From Actinomycetes bacterium (GTDB lineage: Bacteria; Actinomycetota; Acidimicrobiia; Acidimicrobiales; JAKAVM01): a stretch of DNA of 64,000 nt. A program made the position numbers and the translations under genes. The DNA is taken from positions 8,917-72,916 of the forward strand of contig JAKAWH010000001.1 in the NCBI GenBank assembly GCA_021817065.1, in the 5' to 3' direction. Below are positions 34,252-44,102 of this stretch, one piece after another. Position 1 is the first letter of the stretch. The number at the start of each line of letters is the position of its first letter. The notes under the pieces were generated by a model. It saw nothing but the letters and a program-made list of their open reading frames with translations, had not been told where the DNA came from and searched no databases.

Positions 34252-36741
34252 TCAGTTCAGAACGATCTCGTCGCCGGTGACGTCCACCTTCACCAGGTCG
34301 CCGTCGCTGTATCGGCCCTCCAGGACGTGGAGGGCGAGAGGGTCGGCAATCTGGCGCTGGATGAGCCTCTTCAACGGCCGGGCTCCGAATGCAGGGTCGA
34401 AACCACGCCGGGCCAGCCAGTCCCGTGCCGCGTCGGTGATCTCCAGATCGAGCTTCTTCTGGGAGAGGCGAACCTTGAGGTGGATCAACTGAATGTCCAC
34501 GATCTTTTCCAGGTCGCTCTCCGACAGGGAGGAAAAGCGCACGATCTCGTCCACTCGGTTGAGGAACTCCGGACGGAAGAAGTCCTTCGGCTCGCCCGGG
34601 AGGTTGGAGGTCATGATGAGCACCACGTTGGTGAAGTCGACCGTCCTGCCCTGCCCGTCGGTGAGCCGGCCGTCGTCGAGCACCTGGAGGAGGAGGTTGA
34701 ACACGTCCGGATGGGCCTTCTCGATCTCGTCGAGGAGCACCACCGCATAGGGACGCCGGCGGATCGCCTCGGTGAGCTGGCCGCCTTCTTCGTAGCCGAC
34801 ATAGCCGGGGGGCGCCCCCACCAGGCGGGCCACCGAGTGCTTCTCCATGTACTCGCTCATGTCGATACGCACCATCGCCCGAGCGTCGTCGAAAAGAAAG
34901 TCGGCCAGCGACCGGGCCAGCTCCGTCTTGCCCACCCCTGTGGGACCGAGGAAAAGGAAGCTTCCAATAGGACGGTTCGCGTCGGACAGTCCGGCCCGTG
35001 AACGGCGGATCGCGTTGGAAACCGCGGCCACTGCTACGTCCTGGCCGACCACTCTCTCGTGGAGGACTTCCTCCATTCGGACCAGCTTGGCCACCTCGCC
35101 CTCCATCAGCCGGGTTACCGGGATGCCGGTCCACTTCGAGACCACCTCGGCGATGTCCTCTTCGTCGACCTCCTCCTTGAGCATCTTCTCGTTTGCCTGC
35201 AGGGCGGCGAGCCGACCGGTGGCCTCCTCGATCTCGCGCTCCAGAGCTGGCACCCTCCCGTAGCGGATCTCGGCGGCTCGACTGAGATCGCCGTCGCGCT
35301 CGAAACGCTCGGCCTCCGAGCGGGCACCCTCCAGGGTTTCCTTGAGCGAGCGGATGGCGGTGATCGCGTCCTTCTCGGCTTGCCAGTGGGCCTTCATCGC
35401 TGACGATCGTTCGGTGAGCTCCGACAGTTCGCGCTGAATCGTTTCGAGCTGCTCGCGGGAGGAGGGGTCCTCCTCCTTTGAGAGGGCGACCTTCTCGATC
35501 TCCAGTTGCCGCATCCGCCTCTCCACCACGTCGATCTCGGTGGGCATCGAGTCGATCTCGATCCGCAGGCGCGAACCAGCCTCGTCGACCAGGTCGATTG
35601 CCTTGTCGGGAAGAAAGCGGCCGGTCACGTACCGATCGGAGAGCACGGCCGCTGCTACCAGAGCGGCGTCCTGGATGCGGATACCGTGATGCACCTCGTA
35701 GCGTTCCTTCAGCCCGCGGAGAATCGCGATGGTGTCCTCCACGCTGGGCTGGCCCACGTAGACGGGCTGGAAGCGGCGTTCGAGGGCCGCATCGGTCTCC
35801 ACCTTCTTCCGGTACTCGTCCAGAGTGGTCGCACCGATCAGGTGCAGTTCGCCCCGGGCCAGGAGGGGTTTGATCATGTTCCCCGCGTCCATTGCTCCCT
35901 CGGCGCCGCCGGCACCGACGATGGTGTGGACCTCGTCGATGAACGTGATGATCTCCCCGCTTGCGTCGATGATCTCCTTCAGCACCCCCTTGAGGCGCTC
36001 CTCGAAATCACCCCGGTAGCGGGTTCCCGCCACCATCGAACCCAGGTCGAGGGCGATCACCCGCTTGTTCTTCAGACTCTCGGGAATATCGCCTTCAACG
36101 ATGCGTTGGGCAAGTCCCTCCACGATGGCCGTCTTGCCGACACCCGGCTCGCCGATCAACACCGGGTTGTTCTTGGTCCGGCGGGAAAGAACCTGGATTA
36201 CCCGGCGGATCTCTTCGTCGCGGCCGATGACCGGATCGAGTTTGCCCGCCCGGGCGGCTTCGGTGAGGTCCCGCCCGAACTTCTCCAAGGCTTGGTACTG
36301 CTCCTCGGCCTCCGGGCTGGTGACCCGGTGACTGCCCCGCACTTCCTTTAGCGAATCGAGGAGCTGGCTCCGCTGTACCCCCAGACGATCCGACATGGAG
36401 AGGAGGAGGTGCTCGGTCGAGAGGTAGTCGTCTGAGAGTTCCTCCATGGCTTTGCCGGCCCGTTCCACCACTTCGCGCAGTGAGGTGGAAAAGGACGGCT
36501 CGGTTCCATAGGCCGATGGCAGCCTGGCGATCGCTTCCTCGACGCGGTTGCGGATCGGGAGGATCGGAATGCCCACCTTGTCGAGCACCGCCAGCACCAC
36601 CCCCTCCTGCTGGCCGAGGAGGGCCGCGAGGAGGTGGTCGGGGGTGACCTCCGGGTTGTGGCGGGCGGACGCCATCTGGGCGGCGGCGCGAAATGCCTCC
36701 TGGGTACGGAGCGTCCAGCGGTTCGGGTCGAATGCGTTCAC
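34252..36741 (-). CDS. clpB: ATP-dependent chaperone ClpB
   Basis: Clp N domain, NBD1 Walker [16 protein letters not shown], long coiled-coil middle domain, NBD2 [15 protein letters not shown], and [15 protein letters not shown] start. Confidence 0.95.
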   Translation of the reverse strand: MNAFDPNRWTLRTQEAFRAAAQMASARHNPEVTPDHLLAALLGQQEGVVLAVLDKVGIPILPIRNRVEEAIARLPSAYGTEPSFSTSLREVVERAGKAMEELSDDYLSTEHLLLSMSDRLGVQRSQLLDSLKEVRGSHRVTSPEAEEQYQALEKFGRDLTEAARAGKLDPVIGRDEEIRRVIQVLSRRTKNNPVLIGEPGVGKTAIVEGLAQRIVEGDIPESLKNKRVIALDLGSMVAGTRYRGDFEERLKGVLKEIIDASGEIITFIDEVHTIVGAGGAEGAMDAGNMIKPLLARGELHLIGATTLDEYRKKVETDAALERRFQPVYVGQPSVEDTIAILRGLKERYEVHHGIRIQDAALVAAAVLSDRYVTGRFLPDKAIDLVDEAGSRLRIEIDSMPTEIDVVERRMRQLEIEKVALSKEEDPSSREQLETIQRELSELTERSSAMKAHWQAEKDAITAIRSLKETLEGARSEAERFERDGDLSRAAEIRYGRVPALEREIEEATGRLAALQANEKMLKEEVDEEDIAEVVSKWTGIPVTRLMEGEVAKLVRMEEVLHERVVGQDVAVAAVSNAIRRSRAGLSDANRPIGSFLFLGPTGVGKTELARSLADFLFDDARAMVRIDMSEYMEKHSVARLVGAPPGYVGYEEGGQLTEAIRRRPYAVVLLDEIEKAHPDVFNLLLQVLDDGRLTDGQGRTVDFTNVVLIMTSNLPGEPKDFFRPEFLNRVDEIVRFSSLSESDLEKIVDIQLIHLKVRLSQKKLDLEITDAARDWLARRGFDPAFGARPLKRLIQRQIADPLALHVLEGRYSDGDLVKVDVTGDEIVLN

Positions 36742-36767
36742 GATCTACACCTTACAGATTCATAAAA

Positions 36768-36788
36768 GTTGAGTCAAGTAATATCAAG
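36768..36788 (-). promoter_or_regulatory. HAIR-like inverted repeat (candidate HspR operator) upstream of clpB
   Basis: The minus strand reads CTTGATA-TTACTTG-ACTCAAC, against the HAIR consensus CTTGAGT-N7-ACTCAAG. It lies 27-47 nt upstream of the clpB GTG in an AT-rich stretch. Confidence 0.4.
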
Positions 36789-37601
36789 TTAGCTTACAGC
36801 TTTATCGGGCGCCTCACCCGGATCGGTCTCCTCAGGGAAGGAGGGGTACAAGGCTTCAAGCAGAGCCCGGTGCTCGTCGAAGCCGATCTGTCCCGGCACC
36901 GCTCGCTGGGCGGCGATGCTGCCCGCATGGAAGTCGCCCCGTGCGAAGGTGAGGCGCGATCCGAGGGCAGGGAGGAGAACCCGAGACAGCGGTCCCCACG
37001 GCCCCATGGCTAGCACGATCACCCCCCAGTCGCTCCGCCGGAGGGTGAACTCGGCCAGGACTCGGATGTCCTGCAGGGAGTTGCCGCGCACTGCCACCTT
37101 CACAAGATCGGCTCCGGCTGCCCGGGCGCGCTCGTCGATCCGCTGCAATTCGTCTGGCGCCGGTGTATCCGAGAAATCGTGGTGGGAGACGATGACGGTG
37201 ACACCCCCTCGGTGCGCCTCGCCGATCGCCCGCTCCAGTATGGAGTCCGAGGACAGTTCGATGTCGACCGCATCGACATGGGGAAGCAGGTCGCAAAAGA
37301 GCGACAGACGCTCCTCCTCGCTCCCACTCCACTCCCCCCCCTCCGCCCTCGATCTGATGGTTGCGATTGTCGCAAACCGATCGAAACGCCTGGCCTGGGT
37401 CACCACATGGTCGGGGTCGAACGAAGAGAACCAGTCGATCCGAAGCTCAGCCACGTCCAGGCCGGACGCGATCCAATTCTCGACCTCGACGTCAGGAAGA
37501 TCGTCGGCGAAGCTCACCGCCACGGCGGGGAGGCGGTCTACCAGGAGATCTCCCAACCGCCCGTGGTGGCTGCCCATGCGCACCAGGCTAGAGCGTGCCA
37601 A
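36789..37601 (-). CDS. aroD: type I 3-dehydroquinate dehydratase
   Basis: It aligns by eye to E. coli AroD blocks: ELRIDW, ATIRSRAEGGE, DIEL, VIVSHHDFSDTPAPDEL, DLVKVAV (catalytic Lys), LAMGPWGPLSRVL, VPGQI. Confidence 0.85.
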   Translation of the reverse strand: MARSSLVRMGSHHGRLGDLLVDRLPAVAVSFADDLPDVEVENWIASGLDVAELRIDWFSSFDPDHVVTQARRFDRFATIATIRSRAEGGEWSGSEEERLSLFCDLLPHVDAVDIELSSDSILERAIGEAHRGGVTVIVSHHDFSDTPAPDELQRIDERARAAGADLVKVAVRGNSLQDIRVLAEFTLRRSDWGVIVLAMGPWGPLSRVLLPALGSRLTFARGDFHAGSIAAQRAVPGQIGFDEHRALLEALYPSFPEETDPGEAPDKAVS

Positions 37602-37652
37602 TGGGTCCTGGGACCCTGCCGCCCGATCCGGGTATCGGAGTATCCTTGATAT

Positions 37653-39644
37653 GTGACCAGGATGCCGTCGTCACCACCGCCGGAGAACCGGTCACCGCCT
37701 CCTCCGCCACCGCCTCCCGCATGGCGGCACTGGTTGTGGCTCGTCGCGGTGGGGCTAGTCATCGTGCTCTTCTACCTGCTTCCCACCACGTCGACCGCCA
37801 CCACGACCCTCACCTACTCCCAGTTCCTCAAGGCAGTCGACTCGCACACGGTGCAGACGGTGACTCTCGCTTCGAGCGGAACCGCCTCGGGCAAAATGAC
37901 CGTTGCCGGCCGGAAGGGCGTTCCATACTCGACCGTGGTACCCACCCAGGCTGGATCCGCCCTGCTTTCCCGTCTCGAAAAGGACCACGTGGCGATCACT
38001 GCCACCTCGCCCAGCCCCTCCCTCGGCTCGGACGTTCTCACCTGGATGATCCTGCTGATTCCGTTCGTCGCGATCGGGTGGTTGTGGTGGCGGCTATCTC
38101 GTGGTGCGATGGGTCAGTTCCAGGGGGCGATGGGTGTCGGAAAAGCTCGTGCCAAAGTCTTCGACGCCGAGCACCCCCAGACGACGTTTGCCGACGTAGC
38201 CGGTTACGAAGGGGCAAAAGGGGAGATCACCGAGGTGGTCGACTTCCTACGCAATCCCGAGAAGTACCGCCGGGCGGGGGCTATCGTGCCACGAGGTGTT
38301 CTGATGGTGGGACCGCCGGGGACCGGCAAGACGCTCCTCGCCAGGGCGGTGGCGGGGGAGGCTGCGGTGCCATTCGTGTCGGTGGTGGGGTCCAGCTTCG
38401 TCGAGATGTTCGTGGGGGTGGGCGCAGCTCGGGTTCGGGACCTATTCGGCGAAGCGCGAAAGATCGCTCCAGCCATCGTATTCGTCGACGAGATCGACGC
38501 CATCGGCCAGCGCCGATCGGCCGCCGGCAGCATGGTCGCCAACGACGAGCGCGAGCAGACCCTGAACCAGTTACTCTCCGAACTGGACGGGTTCGACCCC
38601 TCGGAGGGGATCGTGGTTCTGGCGGCGACCAACCGTCCGGAAGTGCTCGACCCGGCGCTCCTGCGCCCCGGCAGGTTCGATCGCCAGGTGGTGATCCCAC
38701 TCCCCACCCTTGCCGAGCGGACCTCCATCCTGGCGGTTCACTGCACGACCAAGACTCTCGGACCCGACGTGGACCTTTCGGTGGTGGCGCGGGGCACGCC
38801 GGGGTTCTCCGGCGCCGACCTTGCCAACCTCGCCAATGAAGCTGCCATTGTGGCCGTCCGAGACGGGAGGGAGGTGCTCACCGCCGCCGACTTCGACGAA
38901 TCTCGGGACAGGATCCTCATTGGCCGCCGGGAGGCCTCCAACGCCCTGCTTCCCGAGGAGAAGCACGCGGTGGCGGTACACGAAGCCGGGCACGCCCTCG
39001 TCGCCGCTCTGTCCGAGCATGCTGACCCGGTTGCCAAGGTCACCATCCTGCCGGCCGGCCAGGCTCTCGGAGTGACCGAACAGCTCCCCCTGGTCGAACG
39101 TCACCTCCACGGCGAGGACTTCCTGAATGACGCGCTGGCGGTCAGGTTGGGTGGTAGGGCGGCCGAATTGGTGGAGCTGGGACAGGGGTCGACCGGCGCA
39201 GCCAATGATCTTTCCCAGGCGACCGAACTTGCTACAAAGATGGTGCGCGAGTTCGGTCTGTCCCCTGCGCTGGGACCGGTCGGCTATCCACAGGGCGGGT
39301 CCGTATTCCTGGGCGGGGGCGGGGCGGGCCTCTCCTCCCGACCTTTTGCCGAGGCGACCCAGGCGCTCATCGACGCCGAGGTATCCCGCATCCTGCGAAG
39401 CGCGGAGGAGCGGGCCACCGCGGTCCTGACCGAGCACCGCACCGAGCTTCTCGGGCTGGTCGATCTCCTCCTGGAACAGGAGACCGTCGATGGCGGAGCT
39501 GTCTATGCCCTCCTAAATCGTCCGGTTCCCTCGAATATTGGAGCAGGCAGCGGGGGTGGAGAGACGATCGGTCCCCACCGGGAGGGGGCACGGAGGGTTG
39601 CTGCCGTGGGGGACAAGGCGGCCGCCATCACCTCCCCTCGATGA
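37653..39644 (+). CDS. ftsH: ATP-dependent zinc metalloprotease FtsH
   Basis: Two N-terminal TM segments, AAA Walker A GPPGTGKTLLARAVAGEA, Walker B IVFVDEIDA, SRH TNRPEVLDPALLRPGRFDR, and zinc motif HEAGHALV. Confidence 0.95.
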   Translation: MTRMPSSPPPENRSPPPPPPPPAWRHWLWLVAVGLVIVLFYLLPTTSTATTTLTYSQFLKAVDSHTVQTVTLASSGTASGKMTVAGRKGVPYSTVVPTQAGSALLSRLEKDHVAITATSPSPSLGSDVLTWMILLIPFVAIGWLWWRLSRGAMGQFQGAMGVGKARAKVFDAEHPQTTFADVAGYEGAKGEITEVVDFLRNPEKYRRAGAIVPRGVLMVGPPGTGKTLLARAVAGEAAVPFVSVVGSSFVEMFVGVGAARVRDLFGEARKIAPAIVFVDEIDAIGQRRSAAGSMVANDEREQTLNQLLSELDGFDPSEGIVVLAATNRPEVLDPALLRPGRFDRQVVIPLPTLAERTSILAVHCTTKTLGPDVDLSVVARGTPGFSGADLANLANEAAIVAVRDGREVLTAADFDESRDRILIGRREASNALLPEEKHAVAVHEAGHALVAALSEHADPVAKVTILPAGQALGVTEQLPLVERHLHGEDFLNDALAVRLGGRAAELVELGQGSTGAANDLSQATELATKMVREFGLSPALGPVGYPQGGSVFLGGGGAGLSSRPFAEATQALIDAEVSRILRSAEERATAVLTEHRTELLGLVDLLLEQETVDGGAVYALLNRPVPSNIGAGSGGGETIGPHREGARRVAAVGDKAAAITSPR

Positions 39645-39761
39645 TCCAATACGGTTGACCTTCCTGCTCTGCTTTCGTGGACGCTACGCCGGGCACTGCT
39701 CCAGGAGCGCTGAACACCCCCGACCGTTTCGATCTCATCGTGCACGACGGCTCTACGCCGA

Positions 39762-39793
39762 CCTATCCCTACACCGGATGATGTCGGGATAGG
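39762..39793. terminator. hairpin between convergent ftsH and merR-like genes
   Basis: CCTATCCC-N16-GGGATAGG. There is no U-tract, so the call is weak. Confidence 0.25.
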
Positions 39794-39805
39794 GATGGGT
39801 ATACA

Positions 39806-40321
39806 TCAGCTCCGTTCAGGCTCGTCCAACTCCGACAGGAGCTGCCGGTACCTGGTTGCCTTGGTTCCCAACTCTTTGCGAAAAGCACGAATGGAATCGA
39901 GTTTCCTGTCGACCGTATCGGTTAGACGGGTGTTCAGCGCAAGAGCCTCATTGAGGATCTTCTTCCGGCGCTTGCGGGCAGTGGTGCTGAGCGAAGCGAC
40001 GTCGGCCTCGGTGCCGGTAGCCCGGTACTTCTCGCGCAACGATCCGAGTTGACGTTCCGTGTCGAGCAGTTCACGGATCTCGTCCAGGTTGAAACCGAAA
40101 AGCTCCTTCAGCTCACGGATTCGCTGGAGTTCCTCGATCGATTCGCGGCTGTAGCGCCGTTCCCCTCCGGGCGTATGGCCGGAGGGCGCGATGAGCCTGA
40201 TTTCTTCGTAGTAGCGCAAAGTGCGGGAGGAAACTCCGGCAAGCCGGGCGGCTTCACTGATGCGGAGGGTCTCCGCCGGTTTGGTGCGCGCCCGCGATTG
40301 GGCGACCGTGCCGGTCATCAT
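39806..40321 (-). CDS. MerR family transcriptional regulator
   Basis: HTH LRISEAARLAGVSSRTLRYYEEIRLIAPSGHTPGGERRY followed by a coiled coil. Its start overlaps the stop of the upstream MFS gene by 4 nt. Confidence 0.85.
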   Translation of the reverse strand: MMTGTVAQSRARTKPAETLRISEAARLAGVSSRTLRYYEEIRLIAPSGHTPGGERRYSRESIEELQRIRELKELFGFNLDEIRELLDTERQLGSLREKYRATGTEADVASLSTTARKRRKKILNEALALNTRLTDTVDRKLDSIRAFRKELGTKATRYRQLLSELDEPERS

Positions 40322-42102
40322 CGGTCACCCGACGATAGCGCCGCGCTGTCGCGGGGAATCGGCAATGCCTCTGGGACGGTGGTCTCCTCGTCGTGGTGGT
40401 ACTTTCCGCCGCGCATCCAGGAGGCGATTGCAGCCACCACGCACGCGCCGGCGGCTACCAGGAACGCCTTGGTGAGGCCCACCCCGAAGGGCCCGCTGAT
40501 GAGGTGGGGGAAGTAGCTCCGCCCGGTGAGGCGGGTCGCGTTGGCGGCGGGCAGGTGGGCGAGAATCTTGTGGCCGAGGAGGGTCTTCATCGGGTTGTAG
40601 CCGAGGAAGGCGGCGAAGAGGAGGCCCACCGGGGCCAGATGGGCGACCCGGTAGGCGGCGGCGTGGGGCACGTGCTGGGCGAGGAGCCCGTGAAGCATGG
40701 CGTCGGGCAGGCTGGAGGCAAGCCCGAGGATCATCAGGGTGAAGAACACCCCGATGGACAGGACCATCGAGGATAGCTGGAAGGTCGATGCCATGCCTCC
40801 TCCCTGGCCGCGCTGGTGGGCTGGAAGGCTGTTCATCACGCCGGTGAGATTCGGAGCGGCGAACAGCCCCATGGCGACCCCATTGAGGAGGATGAGAGCG
40901 GCGAACTCCCAGTAGGGGAAGTTAACCGGGATGGCCTGCAGGGCGACGAAGGTCGCCGCGGCACCGATCATTCCACCGGTTGCAAAGGGTCGCGCCCCGA
41001 ATCGATCGGCCAACCATCCGGACCCGGGGCCGGCGATGAGGAAGCCGGCGGTGAGCGGAAGCATGTAGATCCCTGCCCACAGCGGGGTCTGGTCGAAACT
41101 GTAGCCATGCTGGGGCAGCCAGATCCCCTGCAGCCACATGATCAACATGAACATCAAACCGCCCCGAGACAATGCGGCCAGCAGTCCCGAGGCGTTACCT
41201 GCGGAGAAGGCCCGGATCCGGAAAAGGCTCAAGTTGAACATCGGGTGGGCGACCTTGGTCTCGACGAGTGCGAAGGCGACCATGAGCATCATTCCGAGGC
41301 CGAGCGATCCGTAGACGCGGGGAGAGGTCCATCCCATGGTGTGACCCCCGTAAGGCTCGATCGAGTAGACGATGCCGACCAGCAAAAGGACCAAGGCAGC
41401 GGCGAAGGCCATATTGCCCCACCAGTCGATCGACTGGCGATGGCGGACTCCCCGGTCCTCCAGCTTGAAATAGGCCCACACGGTTCCCGCCAGACCGACT
41501 GGCACCGACACCAGGAACACGTAGTGCCAGTTGACCGGGCCGAGCACTCCGCCGAGTATCAGACCGATGAAGGAACCGGCGATGCCCGCAACGTTGTTGA
41601 TGCCGAGTGCGAGCCCGCGCTGGTTGGGAGGGAAGGCGTCGGTGAGGATGGCAGAGGAGTTGGCCATGAGGAATGCCGCCCCAAGACCTTGCCCGATCCG
41701 CATCACGATCAACCACATGGCCCCCGCGCCTCCCTGCATCCAGGTGAGTGCGAGCAGGATCGAGAAGAAAGTGAACACCGCGAAGCCGAGGTTGTACATC
41801 CTCACCCTGCCGAACATGTCCCCGATCCTGCCGAGGCTCACTACCAGAACGGCGGTGATTACCAGGTAGCCCATCAGCATCCAGAGCAGGTAGCTGGAGT
41901 TCCCCGGAGCGAGGGGGTTGAGGTGGATGCCGTCGAAGATGTCGGGCATGGCGATCAGGATGATCGACGAGTTGATGGTGCCCATCAACATCCCCAAGGT
42001 CGTGTTTGACAGCGCGATCCACCTGTAGCGATCCGGAAGCATCCGGGCAGCGCCGGGAGCGGGTGTGGCCCCGCCATGCTCCGGCCTCTCTCGCAGCGCC
42101 AT
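40318..42102 (-). CDS. MFS transporter, DHA2 (14-TM EmrB/QacA-like) drug:H+ antiporter family
   Basis: IALSNTTLGMLMGTINSSIILIAMPDI...GRIGDMFGRVRMY and about 14 hydrophobic segments. An alternative start is M21 (MLPDRYRW). Confidence 0.8.
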   Translation of the reverse strand: MALRERPEHGGATPAPGAARMLPDRYRWIALSNTTLGMLMGTINSSIILIAMPDIFDGIHLNPLAPGNSSYLLWMLMGYLVITAVLVVSLGRIGDMFGRVRMYNLGFAVFTFFSILLALTWMQGGAGAMWLIVMRIGQGLGAAFLMANSSAILTDAFPPNQRGLALGINNVAGIAGSFIGLILGGVLGPVNWHYVFLVSVPVGLAGTVWAYFKLEDRGVRHRQSIDWWGNMAFAAALVLLLVGIVYSIEPYGGHTMGWTSPRVYGSLGLGMMLMVAFALVETKVAHPMFNLSLFRIRAFSAGNASGLLAALSRGGLMFMLIMWLQGIWLPQHGYSFDQTPLWAGIYMLPLTAGFLIAGPGSGWLADRFGARPFATGGMIGAAATFVALQAIPVNFPYWEFAALILLNGVAMGLFAAPNLTGVMNSLPAHQRGQGGGMASTFQLSSMVLSIGVFFTLMILGLASSLPDAMLHGLLAQHVPHAAAYRVAHLAPVGLLFAAFLGYNPMKTLLGHKILAHLPAANATRLTGRSYFPHLISGPFGVGLTKAFLVAAGACVVAAIASWMRGGKYHHDEETTVPEALPIPRDSAALSSGDR

Positions 42103-42108
42103 TTATTA

Positions 42109-42118
42109 ACGTTAACGT
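42109..42118. promoter_or_regulatory. perfect palindrome ACGTTAACGT within AT-rich TTATTAACGTTAACGTAAG (candidate MerR or Fur/Zur-type operator)
   Basis: It lies in the divergent region between the MFS-MerR operon and the metal ABC operon. The assignment to either regulator is inference. Confidence 0.35.
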
Positions 42119-42259
42119 AAGAGTCCGCGGGAGGGCAATGTGGGGCCGCGAACGGCGGTCGGGACAGTCCTGCAGTCAGATCAAGCCGGCGGCCAGGCGG
42201 GCCGCGACCGTTGCGCCCAGCTCCCAAGCCCGGGGCCCGGACGTCCACCCGAATTGATT

Positions 42260-43210
42260 ATGAGAATCGTTCTCGATTACGGTGATGATGTGCTCCGCGG
42301 GATCCGTTTCGCTGCCGTACCGGCCACCGTCGCATTTGTCGCCCTGCTCGCTGCATCCTGCGCCTCGACGGCGCCGTCCCGGGCAGGATCTGGCACCCGG
42401 ATCACAGTGGTCGCCGCTGAGAATTTCTGGGGGTCGATCGCCGCCCAGCTCGGCGGCGCCCGTGTCCAGGTGCACTCGCTCATCACCAGTCCCAATACCG
42501 ATCCCCACGCCTACGAGCCGACTCCGGCCGATGCGCGGACCATTGCGGAGGCCGATTTCGTGATCGAGAACGGGATCGGGTACGACCCCTGGGCGTCGAA
42601 AATGCTCGCGGCCGACCCTACACACGGGCGCGTTCTGGACGTCGGGCGCCTGCTAGGCGCGAGGGACGGGGGCAACCCCCATTTCTGGTACGACCCGGCC
42701 GACGTGCAACGGGTGATCGAAGCGATCACCGCTGCCTACCGACAGCTCGACCCCGCGGACCGAGCGTATTTCACCGCCCGGAGCTCGTGGTTCACGTCGG
42801 TGGCGTTGAGCCGGTATCACTCGTTGATCTCCACTATCAGAGCCGAATACGCAGGGACCCCGGTCGGTGCCTCCGAATCCATCTTCTCGATGCTCGCTCC
42901 CTCGCTCGGACTGGACCTCGTCACCCCCTCCTCTTTCCTCACGGCGATCAGCGAGGGGACCGATGTCTCGTCGGCCGACAAGCAGCTGATCGACAGCCAG
43001 ATAACTACCCATCGAATCAAGATCTACATCTACAACTCCCAGAACACCACGCCAGACGTCCAGGTGCAATTGCACGAATGCCGGAATGCAGGGATTCCAA
43101 CTGCGACTATCACCGAAACGCTGGACCCTGCCGGCGACACCTACCAGGCATGGCAGGTGTCGGAGCTGCTCGGCATCCAGAGGGCACTGAGGAAGGCGAC
43201 CGGCCATTGA
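42260..43210 (+). CDS. metal (Zn/Mn) ABC transporter substrate-binding lipoprotein, ZnuA/TroA family
   Basis: Signal/lipobox FVALLAASCAS, then ITVVAAENFWGSIAAQLGG...VHSLITSPNTDPHAYEPTPADA...ADFVIENGIGYD. Confidence 0.85.
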   Translation: MRIVLDYGDDVLRGIRFAAVPATVAFVALLAASCASTAPSRAGSGTRITVVAAENFWGSIAAQLGGARVQVHSLITSPNTDPHAYEPTPADARTIAEADFVIENGIGYDPWASKMLAADPTHGRVLDVGRLLGARDGGNPHFWYDPADVQRVIEAITAAYRQLDPADRAYFTARSSWFTSVALSRYHSLISTIRAEYAGTPVGASESIFSMLAPSLGLDLVTPSSFLTAISEGTDVSSADKQLIDSQITTHRIKIYIYNSQNTTPDVQVQLHECRNAGIPTATITETLDPAGDTYQAWQVSELLGIQRALRKATGH

Positions 43211-43247
43211 GCCCGCCGTCGCTGACACCGGGTGCGGGAGAGATTCT

Positions 43248-44102
43248 TTGACCCTGGATGACCGCCGCCACCAGCCGTCCGTCGTTCTTGTCAACGCGGC
43301 GGTCCGGATCGCCCGGCAGAACGTGTGGTCGGAAGTAAACCTCACTGTCGGGCACGGGGAGTTCGTCGCGATTCTCGGGCCCAACGGGACAGGTAAGTCC
43401 ACCCTGGTCAAGGCGATTCTCGGGCTCCACCCGCTCGCTCAGGGGAGTGCCTCAGTTCTTGGTGCCCCGCCGGGAGTGGCCGCTAGGAGGATCGGGTACC
43501 TTCCCCAGCGGCGGAGCTTCGATCCCGGGTTGCCGGTCCGGGGCGCCGACATCGTCCGCTTCGGTTACGACGGCGATCGGTGGGGGTTCCCCCTCGGTCT
43601 GGGAAAGATGTCGCGAGCGCGGCGCGAGGCTAGGGAGAAGATCGAATGGGCCATCGAGATGGTCGGCGCCGGTTCCTACGCTCACCGCCCGATCGGTCAG
43701 GTATCGGGGGGTGAGCAGCAACGACTCCTTATCGCGCAGGCCTTGGTGCGCGACCCGGACCTTCTCCTGCTCGACGAGCCCCTCGACAGCCTGGACCTAC
43801 CCAATCAGGGGTCAGTCGCCGCGCTTCTCTCCGATATCTGCCGGAAACAGGGGATGACCGTGATGCTGGTGGCCCACGATGTTAACCCCATCCTCGGGTT
43901 CCTCGACCGGGTGGTATACCTGGCGCGTGGCAGGGTAATCTCCGGAACGCCCGGCGAAGTGATCACCGCCGAAACGCTCTCGCGCCTGTACGACACCCGG
44001 ATCGACGTATTCACCACCAGCGAAGGCCGGCTCTGCGTGGTTGGCCAGCCCGACGCCCCGGCTCCCCACTCCGGGCACGATCACCACGGAGGCCGTAATT
44101 GA
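43248..44102 (+). CDS. metal ABC transporter ATP-binding protein (ZnuC/TroB-like)
   Basis: Walker A GPNGTGKST, signature SGGEQQRLLIAQAL and Walker B LLLLDEP. TTG start. Confidence 0.9.
   Translation: MTLDDRRHQPSVVLVNAAVRIARQNVWSEVNLTVGHGEFVAILGPNGTGKSTLVKAILGLHPLAQGSASVLGAPPGVAARRIGYLPQRRSFDPGLPVRGADIVRFGYDGDRWGFPLGLGKMSRARREAREKIEWAIEMVGAGSYAHRPIGQVSGGEQQRLLIAQALVRDPDLLLLDEPLDSLDLPNQGSVAALLSDICRKQGMTVMLVAHDVNPILGFLDRVVYLARGRVISGTPGEVITAETLSRLYDTRIDVFTTSEGRLCVVGQPDAPAPHSGHDHHGGRN

Noticed and set aside
33806-35134. A 442-aa ORF on the minus strand, and many similar long ORFs (for example 52145-53785, 50902-52392, 56542-58227, 27568-28950, 7104-8387, 40816-42009, 5168-5977 and the N-terminal part of 44041-45942).
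   Set aside because: They are Arg/Pro/Gly-rich with no recognisable motifs. They lie in alternative frames or antisense to genes with clear family signatures. This is the typical behaviour of open frames in high-GC DNA.
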